Virus record (IMG/VR): IMGVR_UViG_3300034418_006598
DNA length: 64,000 nt
Source of the DNA: an uncultured virus (IMG/VR IMGVR_UViG_3300034418_006598)
Lineage: Duplodnaviria; Heunggongvirae; Uroviricota; Caudoviricetes
Direction: 5' to 3' (one strand)
The translations under genes were made by a program, and so were the position numbers. The notes beneath the pieces are model-generated. The model ran no database searches. It worked only from the letters and a program-made list of their open reading frames with translations, and had not been told where the DNA came from. Below are positions 38,103-48,044 of the stretch, in pieces; the stretch's first letter is position 1; each line of letters starts with the position of its first letter.

Positions 38103-38579
38103 CTAACACTTACCTTTGTTCTTGCCCCGGTAGGTATCAGTTTGAGCGTGGCAGTTTGGGCACAGGATAGTTAGGTTTTCTAGCCGGTTGTCCGTGTTGA
38201 CACCGTTGATGTGTTCTAATTCGGTAGGGATTGGTTGCCCGTTCCATTCTGCCCGCTCACACTGATAGCACTTCTGCTGGAAAACTTCTTCAGCGAAAAG
38301 GCGATTCTTGAGATGATTAGTGTTGGTGTAACTGGAGTGTTTGACTAGAATTTCTTCCAGTGGTCTTTTTGGTGCCCATGTGTGGGTTTTACCTTTAAGG
38401 TGCCCTTGCCCTGTGAAATGCTCAATATCAATACCAAACGACTTGATATGGCTCTTGATGCTTTTGTAGTTGCCGCCAGTAGGTTGCAGGTTGAGTTCTT
38501 TAAGCACATTACGGATAGACATGCTACATTCGCAAGCATCCCGTAATTGTTGTTCTGTCCAAGTTCTAATTTTTGGCAC
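38103..38579 (-). CDS. HNH homing endonuclease
   Basis: CYQC, ELEHINGVNTDNRLENLTILCPNCHAQT; AAGGAG RBS on minus strand. Confidence 0.9.
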   Translation of the reverse strand: MPKIRTWTEQQLRDACECSMSIRNVLKELNLQPTGGNYKSIKSHIKSFGIDIEHFTGQGHLKGKTHTWAPKRPLEEILVKHSSYTNTNHLKNRLFAEEVFQQKCYQCERAEWNGQPIPTELEHINGVNTDNRLENLTILCPNCHAQTDTYRGKNKGKC

Positions 38580-38588
38580 CGTTTCTCC

Positions 38589-38618
38589 TTGACTTTGTTT
38601 GGGGACCTATGTTATACT
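38589..38618 (+). promoter_or_regulatory. promoter for tRNA-Leu / denV-like gene
   Basis: TTGACT-18nt-TATACT with TG extension. Confidence 0.65.
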
Positions 38619-38652
38619 CTAGCAAACGGCAAACACATTAGCCGCAACTCTC

Positions 38653-38726
38653 GCCCCCGTATTCCAATTGGCAGAGAAAGGGCGCTTAAAACGCCTACAG
38701 TGTGGGTTCGAGTCCCACCGGGGGTA
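38653..38726 (+). tRNA. tRNA-Leu(UAA), short variable loop, CCA not encoded
   Basis: Acceptor GCCCCCG/CGGGGGT; anticodon arm GGGCG-CTTAAAA-CGCCT; T arm GTGGG-TTCGAGT-CCCAC. Confidence 0.9.
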
Positions 38727-38728
38727 CT

Positions 38729-39247
38729 ATGAACATATTTGTTGTTGAAACTGATCCGGTAGAAGCAGCGCAGGCTCTGTGTGATAAGCATGTGCCGAAG
38801 ATGACTGTTGAGAGCGTTCAGATGTTGGTGTCTGCTCTTCGTAGACATGGTGCTACGGACGACGATGTGCCTTTGACTGCTAAGGGTACGCCGCATCGTG
38901 GCGGGTATGCGAATCATCCGAGTACCCGTTGGGTGGGCGAGTCGATCAGTAACTTTAACTGGCTTTTTGAGCACGCCTATGCGTTGTGTGAAGAGTTCAG
39001 TTTCCGGTTCAACAAGGAGCATGCTTGTTTGAAGCAGTTGGACAAGATTGTTGATTCGTCCCATCTTCTCCCTGACGGCGAGTTGACTGATATTGCGTTG
39101 GCTGTTGGTGGTGCATTCCACGAACGTCTTGGTTTTAAGCACGCTCCGATTGAGGAAGCCGTTGACATTTATCGTGAGTTTTATATAATAGACAAAGAAT
39201 CTTTTGCCGTATGGTCAAAAGGACGCCCAGCACCGGCTTGGTGGTAA
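38729..39247 (+). CDS. pyrimidine dimer DNA glycosylase / endonuclease V-like protein
   Basis: MNIF..ETDP..AAQ.LCDKHV.KM.VESVQML, NHPSTRW, YR.FY..DK, W.K.R.AP.WW. Confidence 0.8.
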   Translation: MNIFVVETDPVEAAQALCDKHVPKMTVESVQMLVSALRRHGATDDDVPLTAKGTPHRGGYANHPSTRWVGESISNFNWLFEHAYALCEEFSFRFNKEHACLKQLDKIVDSSHLLPDGELTDIALAVGGAFHERLGFKHAPIEEAVDIYREFYIIDKESFAVWSKGRPAPAWW

Positions 39248-39266
39248 ACTTCCTGAAAGGTTGGAA

Positions 39267-39458
39267 ATGGAAACAAATATTGATCCTAATGCAATTGTAG
39301 AAGACCTGCTTGAGCAGATTAAGCAGCTAACGGCTGCTAACACGGTGTTGCGTGTGAACCTGAACACCGCTCAGCGTGCTATTGCTGAACTTCAGGCGCA
39401 GGCTGCTTCAGTTGAAGAAGAAACTCCGAAGGAGTCAGGTAAGACTGCCAAGTCGTGA
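39267..39458 (+). CDS. small coiled-coil protein
   Basis: GAAAGG RBS; heptad pattern. Confidence 0.6.
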   Translation: METNIDPNAIVEDLLEQIKQLTAANTVLRVNLNTAQRAIAELQAQAASVEEETPKESGKTAKS

Positions 39459-39514
39459 GATAAGTACCCTGCAGCTTCGGTATACTAGAGATAAGTCTTG
39501 TAAAGGAGATTTCT

Positions 39515-39859
39515 ATGGCTGCTGGAGCTTATGACATGGTGTGTGAGCAGGGTTCTACGTTTTCTCGCACTCTAACTGTAAAAGATAGTAACGGGGACGC
39601 ACGTGACCTTAGTTCGTATACTGGCCGAATGCATGTTCGCCGCACTACAGGTTCTTCTACCACGATTATCGAGTTAACTACCGCTAACGGTAGAATTTCA
39701 ACGAATAGTTCTGGTGAGATCGTGTTGTCTATCTCAGCTACTGACACCGCCGCTTTAACTGACGGGGGTGTTTACGACTTGGAGATTGAGGATAGCGAAG
39801 GCAACGTGGAGCGGGTTGTTGAAGGCATCTTTACGCTTGACTTAGAGGTTACACGGTAA
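39515..39859 (+). CDS. virion structural beta-sandwich protein (BppU/LtfC-like), paralog of 47699-48043
   Basis: EQGSTFSRTL..DLSSYTGRMHVRR..IIELTT.NGRI..YDLEI. Confidence 0.7.
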   Translation: MAAGAYDMVCEQGSTFSRTLTVKDSNGDARDLSSYTGRMHVRRTTGSSTTIIELTTANGRISTNSSGEIVLSISATDTAALTDGGVYDLEIEDSEGNVERVVEGIFTLDLEVTR

Positions 39860-39869
39860 GGTAAATTTT

Positions 39870-40205
39870 ATGATTAACGAAGTAGAATGGCATGTTGATG
39901 GTCACCGCATTCTACTAAACATTAACAAGACAAATATTGATATTGCTCCCAGTATTTGCCCTCATGGTAACAGCGAAGATGCTCCTTGTTACCACGAGGG
40001 CATTTCTGGTTGTATGGTCAACTATTTTATTAACGTGTTTGGTTTAGAGTGCAATATTGGTACGGTTCCTGCTGAGTCAAGTCTTGAGATAGCGTGGGCG
40101 ACGGTTGAGGATAACAAGTGGGAGATTGACTTGGTTGATTTGTGTGTCATTCCTGTGACTGATCCGTATTTTGTTGATTGGTTTAGTGAAGTTTCTTCAG
40201 ACTAG
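39870..40205 (+). CDS. hypothetical Cys-containing protein
   Basis: 111-aa ORF in operon. Confidence 0.6.
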   Translation: MINEVEWHVDGHRILLNINKTNIDIAPSICPHGNSEDAPCYHEGISGCMVNYFINVFGLECNIGTVPAESSLEIAWATVEDNKWEIDLVDLCVIPVTDPYFVDWFSEVSSD

Positions 40206-40262
40206 TAGTTGTTAGCCTGTTTATTTTTTCGGTAGAATGTATATGAGGGCTTTTTGGAGGTA

Positions 40263-40565
40263 ATGATGGCTTTTGTTATGTCTTACCCATTTAGTATGGA
40301 TGCGGTTAACGGTCGCTTCAGTACGGTAAGTACGGATACTGACACGTACAAGGGTCAACAGATTTCTGCTTTTCTGAAGTCAAGAAAAAACGAACGAACG
40401 CTTATGCCTGAGTTTGGGATTACTGATCCGGCTTTTCATAAATTTGATGCCGCTGCGTTTACTTCAGATTTTTACGATTTCTACCCAAAGTCTATAACCT
40501 TGAAAGAAGTTAGTTTGTTGAAAAAGGGTGGAGTTGTTACTGATGCCCGAATTGAGTTTGGTTAG
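40263..40565 (+). CDS. baseplate wedge gp25-like protein
   Basis: SYPFS..GRF, ER.LMPEFGI.DP; directly upstream of baseplate J. Confidence 0.75.
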   Translation: MMAFVMSYPFSMDAVNGRFSTVSTDTDTYKGQQISAFLKSRKNERTLMPEFGITDPAFHKFDAAAFTSDFYDFYPKSITLKEVSLLKKGGVVTDARIEFG

Positions 40566-40577
40566 TGAGGTTCAGCC

Positions 40578-42152
40578 ATGTCTTCTTCACCTGATGTAAG
40601 TAGCTACGTTGATTTAACTATTAACGATGAAGATCCTGTAGCCATTCTGAATGACATTCTTTCAAGTGCCCGTGGGCTACTGCCGGGTTGGTATCCCGAG
40701 GCGGGTCAGATTGAGGTTGTGCTTTCGGAGGCGTTCGCTAATCGTACGGCTCAGCTTGCTGCGACGATCAACCGGCTCCCTTCAGCGACCACTGAAGTTT
40801 TGCTTCAACTATTTGGCCTAACCCGAAGTGACGGTACAAAAGCTACTGCTACTATTGACGTAACCATGTTTGCTAGCGATACGTTGTATGCCGGTACGCT
40901 ATTCATGTACTACGACCGGAACACAGCACGGTCTTACATTTTCAGACTTGATGCTGACTTTACTGGCACCTCGGGATCAGGTTTGGCTGTAACTGCAGAA
41001 GCTATCGGTGCTGCGTATAACTCTTCCACCTTAGTAGGTGAGTCTTTAGTATTGTTGACAGCTAACGACAATTTTTCTTCAGCAACATTTGCTACTAACC
41101 CGTCTGACGGTGCTGATGCTGAGACAGACAGCGAGTATTTTACGAGAGGTGCCACGTTACTGGCAAGCTACACTTCCGCTTCTACTACAGCTTCGCAGAT
41201 CAAATATTATGTGTCGGCAAATAAGACGTACGCTAATCGGGTAGAAGTTTTCAATCGGAGACGTTACCGTGACCGTGATACTACTGCTACGGGCTACGGT
41301 ACCCATGATGGTTATGCTCTTGTGGCTGTTGGCGGTAATGTGAGTACGGCAGCTTCTGCGACGGCGCAGGTCCCTGTTTCGGCTAGCAACTTGTTAGATT
41401 TGTATGACTCTCTTACGGCCCGAGTTGCTTCTGGTGTGACGATTGATGTGATGAGCGCTGAGCTTGCTTCGGTTAGTGTTACGGCTACTGTAGTTAAGAC
41501 TTCAGGTGCGGTTGCTTCGACTGTGAAGACTGCTGTAGAGAATGCGATTAAAGCGCATTTTGATCCGAACCAGTGGGATTGGTCTGCGAACACGGTTCGT
41601 CAGAACGAGTTAATTTCGTTGATTGATGGCATTTCTGGCGTGGATTATGTTTCTGCTTTGACGCTTGATGGTCAGACGCTTATTGGTACGGATAACATTG
41701 GTTACTACACTGCTTCTGGCGGTACAGCAGCGTCTGCGACTTTGGTGACTTCAGGTGTAACCGACGCAACTTATGCGGTTGGTGAACTTGGCTTCTATTA
41801 TGTAGACGCTGACGTTGCTACTCCAGTTGTGTATGAATTTGAAAATGCTGAGTCAATCGTGGTTTCAGGCGGGGCTGGTACCGGTGTCTTTGTAGCCAAA
41901 GCAAACGGGCTAGGGTACAACGACACTTCAAATAGCGGTAACGTAGATGCCGGTGCAACCTACCAAGGTACAGGAACAGTTGCTGCGGCTCTTGGAACCG
42001 CCACGGTATCTTCTGGGGCCATAACCGGTGGCAGTAACGACAGTAACACGTTTACGGTACTAAACGGTACAGGAGCAGTTGATAGTGACCTGACAGTTCG
42101 CAACCTTGGTACTTTGCTAACTTACGGCACGTTGAATATTACAGTTTCATAG
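40578..42152 (+). CDS. baseplate J-like wedge protein
   Basis: LPGW.PEAG.IEVVL.EA, AEAIGAAYN, DGADAETDSEY..R, VR.NELISLID.I.GVDYV. Confidence 0.85.
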   Translation: MSSSPDVSSYVDLTINDEDPVAILNDILSSARGLLPGWYPEAGQIEVVLSEAFANRTAQLAATINRLPSATTEVLLQLFGLTRSDGTKATATIDVTMFASDTLYAGTLFMYYDRNTARSYIFRLDADFTGTSGSGLAVTAEAIGAAYNSSTLVGESLVLLTANDNFSSATFATNPSDGADAETDSEYFTRGATLLASYTSASTTASQIKYYVSANKTYANRVEVFNRRRYRDRDTTATGYGTHDGYALVAVGGNVSTAASATAQVPVSASNLLDLYDSLTARVASGVTIDVMSAELASVSVTATVVKTSGAVASTVKTAVENAIKAHFDPNQWDWSANTVRQNELISLIDGISGVDYVSALTLDGQTLIGTDNIGYYTASGGTAASATLVTSGVTDATYAVGELGFYYVDADVATPVVYEFENAESIVVSGGAGTGVFVAKANGLGYNDTSNSGNVDAGATYQGTGTVAAALGTATVSSGAITGGSNDSNTFTVLNGTGAVDSDLTVRNLGTLLTYGTLNITVS

Positions 42153-42165
42153 TTGGAGTTCAGGT

Positions 42166-45100
42166 ATGTCTCATAGGATTATTAACAGCCTATCATCGAC
42201 TGAAGCTAACTTTGGTACTAGGCAATCAAACGATTACGGTGGGTGGGCGCTCAATTCGGGCACGGCTACGTTAAAATTTATTGCTAACCGTGGCTACTAC
42301 AACAAATATGTTCCTGGCGATGAGTATGAGTCCACGTATATGGGCAACTCGTTGCAAGTTAAATCGACAACTTCGCAGTCTTCTGTGGTTATCGAATCGC
42401 CGTTTGTAGATTCAGTAGGCTCTCGAATTTATTTGATTAGTGTAGCGGTTGCTTCTAATGTCAACTCTGAAGCAACCTTGTCTGTAGATTATTACAGCTC
42501 CGAGTCGGATTCTTCCCCGACTGCAAGTTCAGAGTCAAAAACAATTTCTATAGAAGCGTATAGATACGCTAGACTTTACTTAGGTTTTGCGGCTGACCCC
42601 GACGCTACTCTGATGAAAGTAAAAATTACTTTTACTGGGCCAAGCGCTGGGAGCTTAGCTTCAGACGATATTATTACCTTGTATGATCCCGTTGTTTGTG
42701 AAGATCACTACACCGGTTATGGTAGAATTTCGTACTTGTTTTACACAGACCTGCCTGAGTTTATGCGTCTGGATGACGAGAACATTGCAAGCCTCGTAAA
42801 ATCTCCACAGGTACCGGTTCCCTTAAAACGGTTTGTTGAATCATTGGCATACCCCGCAGACAATATTGCAGACACAGCCATTAGCTTCCAGTACACCCGT
42901 GCTACGGAGGGCACAGAAAGTAAATCTAAGCTGACCGACCCGGACACCGCTGATGCAGCGTATCTATTCTGGCTAGCATCAATTACCGCCACGACATTGC
43001 TTTCTGCTTCTTCGGGTTTCACTCCTTGGACAGCTTTAGAAGAATATGATGGTGATGCGGACACTAATCCTGGCGAATGGGAAGATATTGAAACGTTAGC
43101 GGACTGGCTTGCACTTCAAAGTTTAGACCCAGAATTTTTCGACACAATTCAAGGTTTCCGTGACCAGATTCGTACAGGGTTTTCGGGCATCAACGCAGGC
43201 CGTGCAGATACTATCGTAAGCTACATCCGTACCCTGCTCGACACAACAACACCAGACAATGCTGCTGTTGTTGTAAACAAAAACGCTATGGAAAATCCTT
43301 TCCAACTGAGTGTCCTTGTTGACCCCACAGTCGATCCTGACTCAGCAGGTAATTTTATTACTGACGCTCTAAACAGTAGCTTGTCTGCCGGGGCGTTTGC
43401 AACCAAAGTTTCTGAAGCAACCAACTCAGGTGATGTGTCTTACGACATGACAAGCCTGCTTTACCCTGCCACGCATTCTAATTCTGCTGCTGGCGGTGTA
43501 GACATTTACGGCAAATCTTTTGTTTCGGACGAACGTAACTTTGCTAGACACATTCGACTTAACGAAACGTCTTCAAATACTGTTGTTGAGATTGGTGGCG
43601 GCGTGGGCGACTCGCATTACAGCGCCGATTCACAATACTTCTACGGCGATATGTCCGGTTCAACTTACGGGTCGATTACGAGCAGCGATACAGCTACGTT
43701 AGATTTAGGTGGCTCGTCTGCAGGATACGATCTCGTTTTTGTTTTAACAGATATTACGTTGCCTTCTGCGGCGGTTGATACTGCTGGCGATGGCGGCAAC
43801 ACTCCTGCTGACTGGTTGTACCGTGAAAAATATCTTTTAGCGTGTGGTACTGACTCAAGCAGTTCGGACAATGACTGGGCTGTGTACTTAGTTTCAGGTC
43901 ACACTTCTGGTCCTGACACGGACGTTCGGCTTTTGCTTGTTGACGGTTACGAGGCTGTCGGGGCATCGAACTATGCCGTGTCTGACCCGATTGATTTCAA
44001 CAGCATCGGCGCTACAGGCCAGTACGTGTTGCGTGTTTCCAGATCAGCACTGTCGGCTAGTGACGCTACTGTGTCGTTCTATGCTCAAGGTTCGCTGTAT
44101 GACGATTGGGAGTCTAACGCTGTTGGTAGTTCTACGTTCACGCCGGGTTCTGCTTCGGCAGGAGCAGGCGCTGGAATCCAAATTTTAGGCCAGCTTAACG
44201 CTACAGATGATTGGGCTGACGCTACACCAGTTTCTTGCGGCGTGAAACGTGTGCTTGTGTTTGACGCACCGATTTCGTTTACGGGTTCGTCTGATACTTC
44301 GTCTTCTGCTCACGCATATGTGGGCGGTGACGATGTTGATGATTTCGGCATGTATGTTTATTCGCCTACGCTTGATATTGATTTGTCTTCTGTCGATGTT
44401 TATGCTGATTCGTTTACGGTAGATGCCAGCGGGGGTGCTTCGGTTACGTTGACGGTTAATCAGGCGTCGTCTAATGATTTGGATGTTTTGGCTATGCGCC
44501 AGTTGTCGGGTGCGGACGTTTGGTATTTTGGGGCTGCTGCTTCTGGAGGCGATTCGCTTGCCATTGATGGACTTTCGGCATCTACAGCGTACAGAGTTAT
44601 TCCGACAGTTGTTGATCCTTCAGATGGTTCTACTTCGACTGCTGCTTTTACTGATTTTACGACAGACGGTTCAGGCGTTCTCACTATTGCGGCGCAGGAC
44701 GACTATGACGGTGCTTCAGCGCTCTACCAGGGAATAACTGTAACACAAATTGACGTTCAGCCAAGTGGTGGCGGGTCAAGCGTAGCGACATTCCTTCCCG
44801 ATACGATCGCATCAACAGCGACCACAGGTGCCGACTCTGTTACGCCCGCTAACACGTGGACATTAACCAGAAGCTACCCTGGGTCTTCCAGCACAGCATA
44901 CGCACCTAGCCAAGTAGTCGATCGTGACATTCTGCATGTCTACGAAGGCTCACCAAGCATGCACAACCCTCCGTCTCTCGAAAGCTACCACCCGTTCTCG
45001 GTACTGTTACAGGTGCGGCGTTTCTGGACCAGCGGAACATACGACATTTTCCGTCTCGAAAACGCCACCAACCAAGGTTTGCGTGTCTTCTACGACGACG

Positions 45101-45420
45101 GAGATATCAAAGCAACGTTTACGGACAACACCAACACCGAAACCGTCACGTGGACCGAAACCCCATCGTTTGGGGACTGGCATTGGTTAGTCGTTCGTAG
45201 AGACCCCGCTAACGGCCTAGAACTAATCGTAGATGGTACTTCGGAGTCAACAGCAACAGCAGCGGTTGCCACTACGTTTACAACAGCTACTAACTCTGCC
45301 ACGTTTGGGCAGGGAGCGGCTAGCGAGTTTAACGCTCGGTTTGGTTTGGCTGAATTCGCATTTTTCGACAGACGTTTGTCTGATATTGAGATTACACTAT
45401 TGGGAACCGAAATTTCCTAG
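42166..45420 (+). CDS. baseplate wedge/tail protein with C-terminal LamG/concanavalin-like domain
   Basis: Follows J; LPEFMRLDD, DPDTADAAYLFWLA (gpI-like); WHWLVVRR..LIVDG..FAFFDRRLS..EI. Confidence 0.65.
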   Translation: MSHRIINSLSSTEANFGTRQSNDYGGWALNSGTATLKFIANRGYYNKYVPGDEYESTYMGNSLQVKSTTSQSSVVIESPFVDSVGSRIYLISVAVASNVNSEATLSVDYYSSESDSSPTASSESKTISIEAYRYARLYLGFAADPDATLMKVKITFTGPSAGSLASDDIITLYDPVVCEDHYTGYGRISYLFYTDLPEFMRLDDENIASLVKSPQVPVPLKRFVESLAYPADNIADTAISFQYTRATEGTESKSKLTDPDTADAAYLFWLASITATTLLSASSGFTPWTALEEYDGDADTNPGEWEDIETLADWLALQSLDPEFFDTIQGFRDQIRTGFSGINAGRADTIVSYIRTLLDTTTPDNAAVVVNKNAMENPFQLSVLVDPTVDPDSAGNFITDALNSSLSAGAFATKVSEATNSGDVSYDMTSLLYPATHSNSAAGGVDIYGKSFVSDERNFARHIRLNETSSNTVVEIGGGVGDSHYSADSQYFYGDMSGSTYGSITSSDTATLDLGGSSAGYDLVFVLTDITLPSAAVDTAGDGGNTPADWLYREKYLLACGTDSSSSDNDWAVYLVSGHTSGPDTDVRLLLVDGYEAVGASNYAVSDPIDFNSIGATGQYVLRVSRSALSASDATVSFYAQGSLYDDWESNAVGSSTFTPGSASAGAGAGIQILGQLNATDDWADATPVSCGVKRVLVFDAPISFTGSSDTSSSAHAYVGGDDVDDFGMYVYSPTLDIDLSSVDVYADSFTVDASGGASVTLTVNQASSNDLDVLAMRQLSGADVWYFGAAASGGDSLAIDGLSASTAYRVIPTVVDPSDGSTSTAAFTDFTTDGSGVLTIAAQDDYDGASALYQGITVTQIDVQPSGGGSSVATFLPDTIASTATTGADSVTPANTWTLTRSYPGSSSTAYAPSQVVDRDILHVYEGSPSMHNPPSLESYHPFSVLLQVRRFWTSGTYDIFRLENATNQGLRVFYDDGDIKATFTDNTNTETVTWTETPSFGDWHWLVVRRDPANGLELIVDGTSESTATAAVATTFTTATNSATFGQGAASEFNARFGLAEFAFFDRRLSDIEITLLGTEIS

Positions 45421-45447
45421 TAAAATATTGTTACAGGAGGCTGTATT

Positions 45448-47037
45448 ATGGCTGTTTCACAGACAACTCGTTTAGAAATTTATCGCTGGAGTGCGGGTAC
45501 GGATGCGTTTACTCGTGCGCAAATGGATGCTTCTCATGAGGAGCTGGAGGATCGTGTGGCTGGTTATAGTCAGGCGGCTGCTCGTCCTGCTGCGGCTGCA
45601 GCGTATAAGGGCTTTTTCCATTATTCGACTACGGGTCAGCTGTCGTATTGTAATGGTGTGGCGTGGGATGATATTGCGGTAGAGAATGCTACGGATGGTA
45701 ATATTGGTGAGATTGATGGTACGGCGTCTGCTGGTACGTCTGCGTCTGGTTTGGCTTATGCGGAGCATAAGCATAGTATTGCTGCTAATGCTATTACTAA
45801 TGGCAATATTGTTTCTTTGGATGCTGGTAAGCTGACTGGTACTTTGAGTGTTGATCGTATTGCTGCGGGAACTATTACGGATGAGAAAATTGTTTCTTTA
45901 GATGCTTCTAAGATTGTTGGTTCTGTGTCTGTGAGCACGAGCGGTAATGCTGCTACTGCGACTCGGTTGGAGACTGCCCGGACAATCGGCGGTGTGTCGT
46001 TTAATGGTACAGCAAACATTGATCTGCCGGGTGTGAACACGGCTGGTAATCAGGACACGTCGGGCAACGCTGCCACCGCTACAAGTGCTACAAGTGCTAC
46101 AAGCGCTACGAACGCTACGAACGCTACGAACGTTGATGTCTACGCAGACAATACTAGCACTACGACATACCCTCTGTTTGCTACTGGTACTGGCAACACA
46201 CGAGCACGAAGAGACACTGGCCTTTCTTACAACGCTAGCTCGAACACTCTGACTACTACCACGTTTGCTGGGGCTTTGAGCGGAAACGCTTCTAGCGCTA
46301 CTGAGGTTTCGGTACTTTCAGTTAGCACTAATGCTAATCATTACGTCACATTTGCGGATAGTACTTCTGGTACTGACCGTGCCCGCATAGATACTACCTT
46401 AACATATAATCCTTCGACTAATGTGTTAGGCGGTGGATCTACTCTGTTTACGGGAGCTTCTCTTTCTGTTTCCAACTTCGTTCAGGCTGGTCTTAGCGTA
46501 AGCGCTGGTAACGGTTCAGAGAGCACTCCAGCTTTTCACTTTAGCGGCGATACTGACACAGGCATCTACCGCAGTGCTGCAGACACAATGGAGCTTGTGG
46601 CGGGCGGTAACGGTTCGGCTGTAATTACTTCAGGCGGGTTTGCTCTGGACGTTGGCGTCGCTTTCGCTGCTTTTCCTGACACTGGTACAGGTAACGACGC
46701 CGAGTGGGTAGCTACCGGCTTCGGTAACTACATCCTGAAGCGGAACTCGTCGCTGCGGGCCGAAAAGGAAAACATCCAAGACCCTGGTGATGAACTTACG
46801 GCAGATATGATCGACCAAGTAGAGCCGAAGCTGTGGAACCGTATCCACAGCCCTGGTATTCCTGAGATCGGTCCGATCGCTGAAGACATGGACGCCATTT
46901 CGCCGCACCTTGCTGCTCATGGCTTCAACGAGGACGGTACGACCTTCCTGACCGGCATCAACAAGACTTCGTACTTGTCGCTGCTTGTTCTTGTTGTAAA
47001 AGACCTTCGTACTCGAATTGCAGCACTCGAAGCTTAA
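45448..47037 (+). CDS. tail fibre protein with C-terminal chaperone-like domain
   Basis: ATRLETARTIGGVSFNG repeat, ATS/ATN repeats, F..DTDTGIYR, SSLRAEKENI..GPIAED..LRTRIAALEA. Confidence 0.8.
   Translation: MAVSQTTRLEIYRWSAGTDAFTRAQMDASHEELEDRVAGYSQAAARPAAAAAYKGFFHYSTTGQLSYCNGVAWDDIAVENATDGNIGEIDGTASAGTSASGLAYAEHKHSIAANAITNGNIVSLDAGKLTGTLSVDRIAAGTITDEKIVSLDASKIVGSVSVSTSGNAATATRLETARTIGGVSFNGTANIDLPGVNTAGNQDTSGNAATATSATSATSATNATNATNVDVYADNTSTTTYPLFATGTGNTRARRDTGLSYNASSNTLTTTTFAGALSGNASSATEVSVLSVSTNANHYVTFADSTSGTDRARIDTTLTYNPSTNVLGGGSTLFTGASLSVSNFVQAGLSVSAGNGSESTPAFHFSGDTDTGIYRSAADTMELVAGGNGSAVITSGGFALDVGVAFAAFPDTGTGNDAEWVATGFGNYILKRNSSLRAEKENIQDPGDELTADMIDQVEPKLWNRIHSPGIPEIGPIAEDMDAISPHLAAHGFNEDGTTFLTGINKTSYLSLLVLVVKDLRTRIAALEA
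45937..46080 (+). repeat. fibre repeat unit shared with gene 48532-50322
   Basis: SGNAATATRLETARTIGGVSFNGTANIDLPGVNTAGNQDTSGNAATA, with clear nucleotide-level similarity to 48841-49050 and 49726-49926. Confidence 0.85.
46078..46131 (+). repeat. 9-bp tandem repeat x6 (GCTACAAGY x3, GCTACGAAC x3)
   Basis: Encodes ATS-ATS-ATS-ATN-ATN-ATN. Confidence 0.9.
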
Positions 47038-47063
47038 TTTAACCTAACCAAAGGGGGGCAGGC

Positions 47064-47348
47064 GTGTGGTCTGAATTCATGAGCATGACTATCCCTGCCC
47101 TTGTCGGTTCAGGGGTAACGTTTACCGGTATCGTTCTTTCAAGCAGAGTCAAAAACAAAAAACTCAACATGGAAGTAGACGCTGCACAGGACTTTGTATG
47201 GCTAGATTTAGTTAAGCAAAGTCGTATAGAATATGCTTTACAGCGGAAAGAAAATAATAGACTTCGGTACATTATTCATCATCTGCAGGAAGAAATTGTT
47301 AATTTGGAACGGAAAAACAACGAGCTTACTTCTGGAGATCCAGAGTGA
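47064..47348 (+). CDS. membrane-anchored coiled-coil protein (possibly lysis accessory)
   Basis: N-terminal hydrophobic segment then coiled coil. Confidence 0.5.
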   Translation: MWSEFMSMTIPALVGSGVTFTGIVLSSRVKNKKLNMEVDAAQDFVWLDLVKQSRIEYALQRKENNRLRYIIHHLQEEIVNLERKNNELTSGDPE

Positions 47349-47372
47349 GTTCCTGAGAGATACGAGGGCATA

Positions 47373-47702
47373 ATGGCAGAAGACGTACCGTTTAGAGATC
47401 GTGACGACGAGGATTCGATTGATGATATTCTCGACATGGTGGCTTCTGCGATGCAGGACACGGAGGAGTGTTCGTCTCAAGAAATTGTCCACAATCTTGT
47501 ATCTAAAGTTTTTGAGGAGCGTGGCGACGGCGGCGGTGTCCTAGGACACTTCGTGTTTATCGGTGAGATTATTAACGCTGACGGTGAAGCACAGCTTATG
47601 GTCGTAACGTCCGACAATCTGCCCGAGTGGGTTAGCCGTGGCATGATTATGACAGCCGACGACTACTTGGCTATTGGCGACATGGGGTTTATGGGAGAAT
47701 GA
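47373..47702 (+). CDS. acidic hypothetical protein
   Basis: GAGGG RBS; coupled to next gene. Confidence 0.65.
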   Translation: MAEDVPFRDRDDEDSIDDILDMVASAMQDTEECSSQEIVHNLVSKVFEERGDGGGVLGHFVFIGEIINADGEAQLMVVTSDNLPEWVSRGMIMTADDYLAIGDMGFMGE

Positions 47703-48043
47703 CAGCAGGAAACTTGACGATCAATTGTACTAGGGGGGCGGCGTTAAGTGTAGACCTGTTAGTGAAAAACCCCGATGAAACGATGTCGGATTTAGCCTAC
47801 TGGGACTCCCGAATGCATGTCCGTAGGACTGTTGCATCTGACGACACCGTAATTGAGCTAACTACTTCCAATGGTAGGCTTAGCCACGACTCTAGTACTG
47901 GTACAATAACATTAAGTCTTTCCAGTGAAGAAACCGGGTCAATTGCTGCCGACACCTACGTCTACGATTTGGAGTTGGTTAGTACTGGTGCCAAAGCTGG
48001 GGTCTTGCGATTAGTTAAAGGTAACTTTATAGTAGGGTCCTAA
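47699..48043 (+). CDS. virion structural beta-sandwich protein, paralog of 39515-39859
   Basis: RMHVRR...VIELTTSNGRL..YVYDLEL. Confidence 0.7.
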   Translation: MTAGNLTINCTRGAALSVDLLVKNPDETMSDLAYWDSRMHVRRTVASDDTVIELTTSNGRLSHDSSTGTITLSLSSEETGSIAADTYVYDLELVSTGAKAGVLRLVKGNFIVGS

Positions 48044-48044
48044 A

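Noticed and set aside
38653..38726. tRNA as a prophage attachment site
   Set aside because: No integrase, no duplicated tRNA 3' end seen, and phage genes continue on both sides
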